Of a stretch of 64,000 nucleotides of DNA, positions 24,170 to 33,312 are shown one piece after another. The position numbers and the translations under genes were made by a program. Under the pieces are notes generated by a model. The model saw only the letters and a program-made list of their open reading frames with translations, did no database searches and was not told the origin of the DNA. The stretch is taken from NCBI GenBank assembly GCA_015657635.1, contig JACDQM010000034.1, forward strand, positions 9,925 through 73,924. The letters are read 5' to 3'. Within the stretch, counting starts at the first letter, position 1, and the number at the start of each line of letters is the position of its first letter. Origin of the DNA: Roseateles sp. (GTDB lineage: Bacteria; Pseudomonadota; Gammaproteobacteria; Burkholderiales; Burkholderiaceae_C).

Positions 24170-24196
24170 CTAGCACTCACCCGACTAGAGTGCTAA
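24170..24196 (+). promoter_or_regulatory. CIRCE operator (HrcA binding site)
   Basis: CTAGCACTC-acccgacta-GAGTGCTAA is a perfect 9-bp inverted repeat with a 9-nt spacer. It differs by one base from the TTAGCACTC-N9-GAGTGCTAA consensus and lies about 100 nt upstream of groES. Confidence 0.85.
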
Positions 24197-24297
24197 TTGC
24201 TCAGCAGACTCAGGTTCGGCTGGGTATTCGCATCTGAATGGATGCCCGGTCCCCGGGCATCCAGGCTTCAAGCACCGAGAACTCTCAAGGAGAAGTG

Positions 24298-24588
24298 ATG
24301 AAACTGCGTCCTCTGCACGATCGCGTGATCGTTAAGCGCCTGGAACAAGAAACCAAGACCGCTTCGGGCATCGTCATCCCTGACGCCGCTGCCGAAAAGC
24401 CGGATCAAGGCGAAGTGCTGGCCGTCGGCGCTGGCAAGCGCAACGACAAGGGCGACCTGATCGCACTGAACGTCAAGGTCGGTGACCGCGTGCTGTTCGG
24501 CAAGTACTCGGGCCAGACCGTCAAGGTTGATGGCGACGAGTTGCTCGTGATGCGCGAAGAAGACCTGTTCGCCGTCGTCGAGAAATAA
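24298..24588 (+). CDS. groES: co-chaperonin GroES
   Basis: [47 protein letters not shown]..., 96 aa, with RBS AAGGAGAAG upstream. Confidence 0.97.
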   Translation: MKLRPLHDRVIVKRLEQETKTASGIVIPDAAAEKPDQGEVLAVGAGKRNDKGDLIALNVKVGDRVLFGKYSGQTVKVDGDELLVMREEDLFAVVEK

Positions 24589-24738
24589 AGCTACTGCGCG
24601 ACGCGCTGGCGTCGTTGGTCGGTGCTCGGGATCCTCACGTACAGGAAGTACGTTCCGGTCCCTCCGCGCCGCCCGCCTAGCCAGCACGCCGCTCGCTACG
24701 CTTTCCTGCCCGGCCATCGCTCGGTGAAGCAAGCGTAG

Positions 24739-26415
<1,677 letters not shown>

Positions 26416-26444
26416 GTCCGGTCCGGGCAGTTTTTTGCTCAATG

Positions 26445-26475
26445 AAGGGGTCGTCGAAAGACGACCCCTTTTTTC
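26445..26475 (+). terminator. rho-independent terminator of groESL
   Basis: aaggggtcgtc-gaaa-gacgacccctt is an 11-bp perfect stem followed by TTTTT. Confidence 0.85.
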
Positions 26476-26535
26476 ATGCGGCGGCCGTTCGATAATCGGC
26501 GCGATTCCTCCGCCAGGGTTCCGCCCCAATCGCTC

Positions 26536-28545
26536 ATGGCCTCCGCCCCTTCGCTGCAGTCCCTTGTCGACGACGCTCTTGTCCTCCTGCCCACGCTGGC
26601 GCGCCGCATCGTCGACGAGACACTGGGGGAACTGAGGCGCCGGCCGCAATACCACCACCTGTTCGAGACCTGGCAGCGCCAGAGCGCGCGGCTGACGCAG
26701 GCCCTCGAATCCACCCTCAGCCCGATGCTGCAGGCGGCGGCCCAGGGTCGGGATCCGCTGCACCTGGGCGACAGCAAGGGAGCGCAGACACTGAGCCTGG
26801 TGGACGAGACCCAGGCCCTGCGTGATGTGGCGATCGCCCACGCGGCCAAGGCCATCGAGGACCAGAGCCGTGCCGAGCTGCATCAGCTGGGCAACTTCTT
26901 TGCCGCGCTGCGCGGCATCGCGCGGCCACGCAAGAACGAGAACCCGCTGCGCGCAGAACTGTTTGCCCACGGCTTCTATGACGTGCTGCAAGCCATGCCG
27001 CTCGACCCGCAGACGGCCTACTCGCTGGTGCAGGTCGCAGCCGCCCCGCTGGCCCAGAGCATGCAGCTGCTGTATGCCAATCTGTGTGAACAGCTGCGCC
27101 AGGCCGAACTGAGCCAGCTCGTTTCGAGCCACGCGGCCAGCCATGCCGAAGACCTGCAGCAATTGCGCCGCGCGAAATCGAGCGAGGACCTGGGTCTGTT
27201 CATGCACACCCAGCCGGCCACGCTGGACGGCTTGTCACGCCGGGTCGATGCGGTCAACTCGCGCCCCCAGGCCCTCAACAGCGAACCAGCGCCGCTGCTG
27301 GGGCCCGCCACGCTGGCACCCGGCAAGGATTTGCTGAGCCGGCTCTACGACCAGATCCTTGCGGACCCGCATCTGCCGGCCCCGGTGAAAGCCCGGCTGG
27401 CCAGACTGCAGGTGGCGGTGTCGCGCCTGGCCATGGTGGACCTCAGCCTGCTGCGCCGCCAGGACCATCCGGCCTGGCTGCTGCTGAACCGTGTGGCCGC
27501 CCATGGCATGGGTTTCGAGCGCGGTGATGACGGCCATCTGCAGGCCTTTCTGAGCTTCCTCGACGAGCAGATCGAACAACTGGTCAGCCAGGCCCAGCCC
27601 GGCGCCGCGCAGTTTCAGCAGGCGCAGTCGGCGGTGCGCGACTTCATCGCCCAGCAGGCCGCCCAGCGCAGCGCGCCCAACACACAGGCGCTGGCCGTGC
27701 TGGAGCGCGAACAGATGCGCAGTTCCTGGCGCGCGCTGATCAAGGAGCAGATCAGCGCACAGCTGGCTGAAGCCGCCGGCACGGCCGAGATCAGCAAGGT
27801 GCTGCATGCCTTCCTGCGCAGCGTCTGGGTCGACGTGATCGTCGACGCGATGGTTCAACAAGGACGCGAATCGTCCGCCGCCCAGACCCATATCGAGCTG
27901 GTCGATGCCCTGCTCACCAGCCTGCAGCCGCCTGCCGACAGCGCCGAGCGGGAACGGCTGCGCCGCATGCTGCCCGGCCTGGTGCAACAGCTGGAGCGCG
28001 GCATGGACGCGGTGGGGCTGGCGCAGGACAAGCGCCGGCTGCTGCTCGACGACCTGATGCAGGTGCACGGCCGGCTGCTGCTTGGCCCCGCGACGCCGCT
28101 GCAGGCTCCGGAGCGCATGGCCGCCGCGCCGCGCGAGCTCAGCCCCGAGGAGCAAACCCGGCGCCTGCTGGCCGAGAGAGAGTCGCTGCTGCCCAGCGGC
28201 TTTTTCCAGACCCGCATCGATCGCGCCGTGCTGCCGACCGTGCCGCTGCCGCTGCAGGCCGAGACACAGCGCGAAGCGATCGAAACCTGGATGGAACAGC
28301 TGCAGCTCGGCACCTGGTATCACATGTTCGTGCAGAGTGAATGGATCACCGCCCAGATCACCTGGATCAGCGAGACCAGCCAGATGTTCCACTTCGTCGG
28401 CCAGGACAGCGCGCAGCAGCACACGCTCACGCGGGGCGCCATCGAGCAGCTGCTGGCCAACGGCCTGATCGCCCACATCGACGAGCAGAGCCTGGTGCAG
28501 CGCGCCATCGAACAGCTGATGCACACCCTGGATGACGCGCGCTGA
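26536..28545 (+). CDS. large alpha-helical protein, DUF1631-like (function unknown)
   Basis: Track ORF 26476..28545. ATG 26476 sits inside the groEL terminator U-tract, so I prefer ATG 26536 (MASAPSLQSLVDDAL...). The protein is Leu/Ala/Gln-rich and helical, with a C-terminal block WMEQLQLGTWYHMFVQSEWITAQITWISETSQMFHFVGQD. The family call is from memory and tentative. Confidence 0.6.
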   Translation: MASAPSLQSLVDDALVLLPTLARRIVDETLGELRRRPQYHHLFETWQRQSARLTQALESTLSPMLQAAAQGRDPLHLGDSKGAQTLSLVDETQALRDVAIAHAAKAIEDQSRAELHQLGNFFAALRGIARPRKNENPLRAELFAHGFYDVLQAMPLDPQTAYSLVQVAAAPLAQSMQLLYANLCEQLRQAELSQLVSSHAASHAEDLQQLRRAKSSEDLGLFMHTQPATLDGLSRRVDAVNSRPQALNSEPAPLLGPATLAPGKDLLSRLYDQILADPHLPAPVKARLARLQVAVSRLAMVDLSLLRRQDHPAWLLLNRVAAHGMGFERGDDGHLQAFLSFLDEQIEQLVSQAQPGAAQFQQAQSAVRDFIAQQAAQRSAPNTQALAVLEREQMRSSWRALIKEQISAQLAEAAGTAEISKVLHAFLRSVWVDVIVDAMVQQGRESSAAQTHIELVDALLTSLQPPADSAERERLRRMLPGLVQQLERGMDAVGLAQDKRRLLLDDLMQVHGRLLLGPATPLQAPERMAAAPRELSPEEQTRRLLAERESLLPSGFFQTRIDRAVLPTVPLPLQAETQREAIETWMEQLQLGTWYHMFVQSEWITAQITWISETSQMFHFVGQDSAQQHTLTRGAIEQLLANGLIAHIDEQSLVQRAIEQLMHTLDDAR

Positions 28546-30793
28546 TCGGCCCCGCCGCGCCGCATTGGCCCTGCTCTGGCTGGCGCTGCTGACGCCAGCA
28601 GCCCAGGCGCAGCAATCGGCCCCGCCCCCCGCTGAGACCCGGCCCAAGCTGGGCCTGGTGCTGTCAGGCGGCGGCGCACGCGGCCTGGCCCATATCGGCG
28701 TGCTCAAGGTGCTGGAGCGCGAGCGCATCCCCGTCGACATGATCACCGGCACCTCGATGGGCGCCATCATCGGCGGCCTGCACGCCAGCGGGCTGTCGGC
28801 CACGGAGCTGGAGCGGGAGCTGATTGCCGTCTCCTGGTCCGAGGTCTTCGCCACGCGCGTGGACCGGCAGCTGCTGTCGCAACGGCGCAAGGAAGAGGAT
28901 TTCGAGTTCTCGCCGGCCGTCGAGCTGGGCATGCGCAATGGCCAGATCCTGGCGCCGCAAGGCACCTTGTCCAGCCGCGGCCTGGAGCTGCTGCTGCGCC
29001 GATTCACCTTGCCGGTGGGCCAGATCGAGCGCTTCGACGCTCTGCCCACGCCGTTTCGCGCCGTGGCCACCGATATGGAAAGCGGCGGCCAGGTCGTCGT
29101 CGACCGCGGCGATCTCGCGCTCGCGATGCGCTCCAGCATGAGCGTGCCCGGCGTCTTCGCGCCCACCGAATGGCAGGGGCGCATCCTCGGCGATGGTGGC
29201 CTGGTCAACAACCTGCCGGTCGATGTCGCGCGCAGCCTGGGTGCCGAGGTGCTGGTGGCGGTCAACGTCGGCACGCCGCTGGCCGGGCGCGACAGCCTGT
29301 CCTCCCTGGTCGGACTGACGGCGCAGATGATCAACATCCTGACCGAACAGAATGTGCAGCGCAGCCTGGCCAGCCTGTGGGCCCAGGATGTGCTGATCAC
29401 ACCCGAGCTGGGCCAGCTCACATCCGGCGACTTTGATCGCAGCCGCGAGTTCATTGCCGCCGGCGAGCGCGCTGCCGAGGCCTTGCTGCAGCGACTGCGC
29501 CCCTTTGCGGTCCCCGCCGAGGACTACGCTCGCTGGCAGCTGACGCGCCGCCATCCCAACCCGCTGACGCCGCGCCTGGCCGCCGTTGTGCTGGAGGGCA
29601 GCGAGCAGACCCACCCCGAGCGTTTCAAGGCGCAGCTGGCATCCACACCCGGGCAAGCGTTCAGCTCGGAACGGGCCGAGCGCGATATGCGACTGCTGGC
29701 TTCGTCGGGCGACTATGTGCGCGTGGACTACCACGTCGAACAACGCCAGGCCGGCGACACGCTGGTATTCACGATGGAGGACAAGCCCTGGGGGCCCAAC
29801 TACTTCCGCATCGGGCTGGACCTGAGCACCGACTTCTCCGGGGACAGCGCCTTCAACCTGCGCATCAGCCACAACCGCCACTGGCTCACCCCCAGCGGCA
29901 CCGAATGGCGCAACCAGCTGACCATTGGCCAGACGCCGCGGCTGTACAGCGAGCTCTACCAGCCGCTGACCCTCAAGATCGGACAGTCGGCGGACTGGTT
30001 CCTGTCCGCCTGGGGTGAACTGGATCGGCGCCGCATCAACCTGTACGACCAGGCTGGCGCAGGCCGCAATATTGCGCGTCTGGGACGCACCGGCAGCACC
30101 CTCGGCCTCGACCTCGGCCAGCCCTGGGGCAATTTCGGCGAACTGCGGCTGGGCCTGGTGCATCAGGGCTGGCACGTCACGCCGGAGCTGCTGTCAGCCG
30201 AGCTGCCGCAGGGCATTGCCAGCCAGACCTGGCGCGAGAGCGGCCTGCGCCTCAAGGCGGTGATCGATCAGCTGGACTACGCCAACTTCCCGCAGCGTGG
30301 CTACCGGCTGGCGCTGGACGCGCTGGCGGGCCACCAGTCGGGCGCCGGCACGCACAGGGCCGAGATCAACCGCATCGAAATGCAGGCCACCGGCGTCAGG
30401 AGCTTGGGGGCGCACACGCTGAACCTCACTCTGCGCGCGCTGCACGCCAAGCAACCCGAGACCTCGGCGCAAGGGCCCTACACGCTGGGCGGCTTCCATC
30501 AACTCTCGGGCTATCAGCCCGGACAGCTCAACGGCAACACCTTGCTGTTCAGCCGCGCCACCTATTACATGCGCTTGCGCGAAACGCCGATGCTGATGCG
30601 CGGCCTCATGGTCGGCGGCTCGCTGGAAGCCGGCAACGCCTGGGATCGGAGAAAGTCCGCCTCGCTGGCCGACCTGCGCTGGGCAGGCAGCGTCTTCGTC
30701 GGCGCGGACACCGGCATCGGGCCCATGTACCTGGGCGTCGGCCACGCCCCCCAAGGGCGGCACCGAGCTCTACCTCTTCATCGCCGGCCGTAA
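28532..30793 (+). CDS. patatin-like phospholipase fused to an Omp85/surface-antigen beta-barrel (PlpD-like, type Vd secretion architecture)
   Basis: There is a signal peptide (ALLWLALLTPAAQA). The patatin motifs are LVLSGGGARGLAHIGVL, the nucleophile GTSMGAIIGG and the catalytic DGGLVNNLP. The C-terminal ~350 aa show an alternating beta-strand pattern. The last 12 codons look out of frame (see findings). Confidence 0.8.
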   Translation: MTRADRPRRAALALLWLALLTPAAQAQQSAPPPAETRPKLGLVLSGGGARGLAHIGVLKVLERERIPVDMITGTSMGAIIGGLHASGLSATELERELIAVSWSEVFATRVDRQLLSQRRKEEDFEFSPAVELGMRNGQILAPQGTLSSRGLELLLRRFTLPVGQIERFDALPTPFRAVATDMESGGQVVVDRGDLALAMRSSMSVPGVFAPTEWQGRILGDGGLVNNLPVDVARSLGAEVLVAVNVGTPLAGRDSLSSLVGLTAQMINILTEQNVQRSLASLWAQDVLITPELGQLTSGDFDRSREFIAAGERAAEALLQRLRPFAVPAEDYARWQLTRRHPNPLTPRLAAVVLEGSEQTHPERFKAQLASTPGQAFSSERAERDMRLLASSGDYVRVDYHVEQRQAGDTLVFTMEDKPWGPNYFRIGLDLSTDFSGDSAFNLRISHNRHWLTPSGTEWRNQLTIGQTPRLYSELYQPLTLKIGQSADWFLSAWGELDRRRINLYDQAGAGRNIARLGRTGSTLGLDLGQPWGNFGELRLGLVHQGWHVTPELLSAELPQGIASQTWRESGLRLKAVIDQLDYANFPQRGYRLALDALAGHQSGAGTHRAEINRIEMQATGVRSLGAHTLNLTLRALHAKQPETSAQGPYTLGGFHQLSGYQPGQLNGNTLLFSRATYYMRLRETPMLMRGLMVGGSLEAGNAWDRRKSASLADLRWAGSVFVGADTGIGPMYLGVGHAPQGRHRALPLHRRP

Positions 30794-31670
30794 GGAGTCC
30801 TTCGATCAGACTGGCCACCCGCGCCGGCTGCTGATGCACGATCCAGTGCCCGGCGTCGGGCACGCGCGCCAGTTGCAACTGCGGCACGAAACGCTCCAGG
30901 CCGTCCAGCAGTACCGGCAGCAGCGCATGATCCTGTTCGCCCCAGATCACCAGCGTGGGCAACTTCACGGTGACAAACTCCGGCGCGAAGCTCAGCGCAG
31001 CAGCCGCCGGATCGGCAGCGGTGGCCGGGCGCATCGGCGAGGCCCGGTAGTAGTTCAGCGGGCCTGTCAGGCCATGCGCCCACTGCGCACGGTAGCGCTG
31101 GCGCAGCGCCTCATCCAGCCAGGGCGCCTGGCCGTCCGGCCCGTTGAAGAAGGGCCACAGGCGCGCATAGTCGTTCTCGGCCAGCAGCGCTTCGGCGTCA
31201 GCCCTGCAGAAGAAATTCATGTACTCGCTGGCCGCCTGCTGCGCCGCGTCATGCTGCAAGGCGTGCAGGAACGTGCCGGGATGCGGCGAGTTGATGATGA
31301 CCAGGCGCCGCATCAGCTCGGGGCGCTGCACCGCCAGATTCCAGGCCACCGCGCCGCCCCAGTCGTGCGCGATCAGCGCCTCCAGCGGCCCGTCGCCGGT
31401 CTGCTCGATCAGTGCCACCAGATCGGCCACCAGATGCTTGGCGCGGTAGGCCGAAACTTCGGCTGGCGCGCTGCTGTCGCCGTAGCCGCGCAGGTCCGGC
31501 GCAATGCAGCGCCAGCGCCGGCCCAGGCGCTGCAGCATGTCGTCCCAGATGAAGGCGCCTTCAGGAAAGCCATGCAGTAGCAGCAGGCGCGGCGCATCGG
31601 CCGGGCCGCTGGCGCGGCAGGACAGGCTGATGCCATGCGGCAGCGCCAGCTTGAATGTCTCGATCATCAT
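30606..31670 (-). CDS. alpha/beta-fold hydrolase (epoxide hydrolase/haloalkane dehalogenase-like); the annotated 3' end is probably artefactually extended
   Basis: Start at ATG 31670/31667, after GGAGGG (MMIETFKLALPHGISLS...). Motifs are LLLHGFPE, the nucleophile elbow AHDWGG and a C-terminal DAGHW. After ...SLIEGLLTAG the ORF continues for ~60 aa of Arg-rich junk antisense to the patatin gene. Confidence 0.75.
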   Translation of the reverse strand: MMIETFKLALPHGISLSCRASGPADAPRLLLLHGFPEGAFIWDDMLQRLGRRWRCIAPDLRGYGDSSAPAEVSAYRAKHLVADLVALIEQTGDGPLEALIAHDWGGAVAWNLAVQRPELMRRLVIINSPHPGTFLHALQHDAAQQAASEYMNFFCRADAEALLAENDYARLWPFFNGPDGQAPWLDEALRQRYRAQWAHGLTGPLNYYRASPMRPATAADPAAAALSFAPEFVTVKLPTLVIWGEQDHALLPVLLDGLERFVPQLQLARVPDAGHWIVHQQPARVASLIEGLLTAGDEEVELGAALGGRGRRPGTWARCRCPRRRRRCLPSAGRPARRTFSDPRRCRLPASRRP

Positions 31671-31728
31671 CAGCCCTCCATCCAGCATGCGGGGGCCGAG
31701 TATGGCGGCGCGGGACTGCGCCGCCCTG

Positions 31729-32493
31729 TCACGCCGGCGACGGCTCGGGGGGCGGAATTTCCCCCATCTGCGGCGCGGGCGGTGCGCTGTGCACCCAGTC
31801 GTGCAGGATGTGGGCCACATCGGCCACGCCCTGCTTCTTCAGGGCCGAGAACAGCGTGACCGAAATATCAGCCTCTTCGGTCGCCAGCTCGCCCAGGAAT
31901 TCCTGGCAGGTTGCCAGCGCGGCGTTGGCTTCCTTGCGATTCAGCTTGTCGGCCTTGGTCAGCAGCACCAGCAGGCGCACCGAACCATTGGCGACACGGG
32001 CAGCGACGAAGTCGAGCAACTGCTTGTCCAGATCGGTCAGGCCCAGGCGCGAATCGACCATCAGCACCACACCCGAAAGGCTGCGGCGCAGTTCCAGATA
32101 GTCGGCCATCACCTTCTGCCAGCGCAGCTTGGCCGAGCGGGCCACCGCCGCATAGCCGTAACCCGGCAGGTCGGCGAACAAGGCGTCGGCCGCATCCTTC
32201 GGACCCAGCTCGAACAGGTTGATGTGCTGGGTGCGGCCCGGGGTCTTGGATGCGAAGGCCAGACGCTTCTGCTGGGCCAGCGTGTTGATGGCGGTGGACT
32301 TGCCGGCATTGGATCGGCCGACAAAGGCGATCTCGGGCAATTCGGTCACCGGCAGGTGCACCAACTGGCTGGCGGTGGTCAGGAATCGCGCAGTGTGGGT
32401 CCATGCCAACACCGTCTTGTCCGAGGGTGCCTCCATGGGTGCGGGCGTCTCGGACGCCTGGACTGGCGACGTATTCGGAGTGGTGTTGGTCAT
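31729..32493 (-). CDS. engB: ribosome-biogenesis GTPase YihA/EngB
   Basis: Internal ATG of track ORF 31729..33042 (MTNTTPN...). The G1 motif is GRSNAGKSTAIN, G3 is DLPGYGYA and G4 is TKADK. Confidence 0.9.
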   Translation of the reverse strand: MTNTTPNTSPVQASETPAPMEAPSDKTVLAWTHTARFLTTASQLVHLPVTELPEIAFVGRSNAGKSTAINTLAQQKRLAFASKTPGRTQHINLFELGPKDAADALFADLPGYGYAAVARSAKLRWQKVMADYLELRRSLSGVVLMVDSRLGLTDLDKQLLDFVAARVANGSVRLLVLLTKADKLNRKEANAALATCQEFLGELATEEADISVTLFSALKKQGVADVAHILHDWVHSAPPAPQMGEIPPPEPSPA

Positions 32494-32562
32494 GAAGCTA
32501 CCGGGCTGGAGGAATTGCCATTGTAAAATCTCCGAGTTGCGCTTACCGAACCCAAAAAACTC

Positions 32563-33180
32563 ATGAAGACTGCCGCTTTCCTGTTGTCGGGCCTTTTGTT
32601 CGCTGCCACAGCCGGCGCCGCTGGAACCCAGGCCCCGGCCAAGGCCGATCTGGTCAAAGGCCAGGCAATTGCCACGCAAGTCTGTGTGGCCTGCCACACC
32701 GCCGACGGTTCGCGCGGCAGCCCCGCCAATCCGATCCTGGCCGGCCAGCACGTTGATTACCTGGTCAAGCAGCTGGTCGAGTTCAAGGAGGGCAAGCGCA
32801 AGAACGCCGTGATGAGCGGCATGGTGGCTGCGCTGACGCCGGAAGACATGAAGAACGTCGCCGCCTTCTACGCCTCCAAGACGGCCAAGCCCGGCTTTGC
32901 CAAGGACAAGACCCTGGTTGCACTGGGCGAGAAGATCTACCGCGGCGGCATCTCCGACCGCGCCATCCCCGCCTGCGCGTCCTGCCACAGCCCGAATGGC
33001 GCCGGCCTGCCGGCCCAGTATCCCCGCCTGGCCGGCCAGCACAGCGACTACACCGAGCTGCAGCTGAACACCTTCCGCAGCGGCGCACGTGCCAACAACG
33101 CGCCGATGGTGGCCATCGCCGCCAAGATGAACGATCGCGAGATCAAGGCCGTTTCCGACTACATCGCCGGCCTGCGCTGA
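32563..33180 (+). CDS. dihaem cytochrome c4
   Basis: 205 aa with a signal peptide and two CxxCH motifs (CVACH, CASCH), each followed by a distal Met region. Confidence 0.9.
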   Translation: MKTAAFLLSGLLFAATAGAAGTQAPAKADLVKGQAIATQVCVACHTADGSRGSPANPILAGQHVDYLVKQLVEFKEGKRKNAVMSGMVAALTPEDMKNVAAFYASKTAKPGFAKDKTLVALGEKIYRGGISDRAIPACASCHSPNGAGLPAQYPRLAGQHSDYTELQLNTFRSGARANNAPMVAIAAKMNDREIKAVSDYIAGLR

Positions 33181-33238
33181 TCAGGCGTGGCCGGGCCATG
33201 ACCCGGCCCCCGCCGCGCTGACTCTGAAGACAAGCTGA

Positions 33239-33270
33239 ATGGCCGGTGCTCTGCTCCGGCCATTTTTTTT
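33239..33270 (+). terminator. rho-independent terminator after cytochrome c4
   Basis: atggccgg-tgctctgct-ccggccat is an 8-bp stem followed by a run of eight T. Confidence 0.8.
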
Positions 33271-33312
33271 ACGCCGCACCCCGCTGCCGGCCCGAAGCCA
33301 CAATCCGCCACC

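Noticed and set aside
26476-26535. ATG 26476 as the start of the DUF1631-like gene
   Set aside because: That ATG immediately follows the U-tract of the groEL terminator and has no RBS-like sequence. The next ATG (26536) is more plausible. The choice remains uncertain.
27235-29454. 739-aa minus-strand ORF, and similar ones at 28664..30175, 40099..42384, 15846..16949, 35256..36944 and 33889..35133
   Set aside because: All are antisense to genes with strong homology signatures and are compositional artefacts of high GC.
30606-30790. C-terminal ~60 codons of the alpha/beta hydrolase ORF as real coding sequence
   Set aside because: They are antisense to the patatin gene and Arg-rich, and they lie beyond the end of the hydrolase fold. 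A missing base that removes the natural stop is the more likely explanation (see the finding at 30745-30793).
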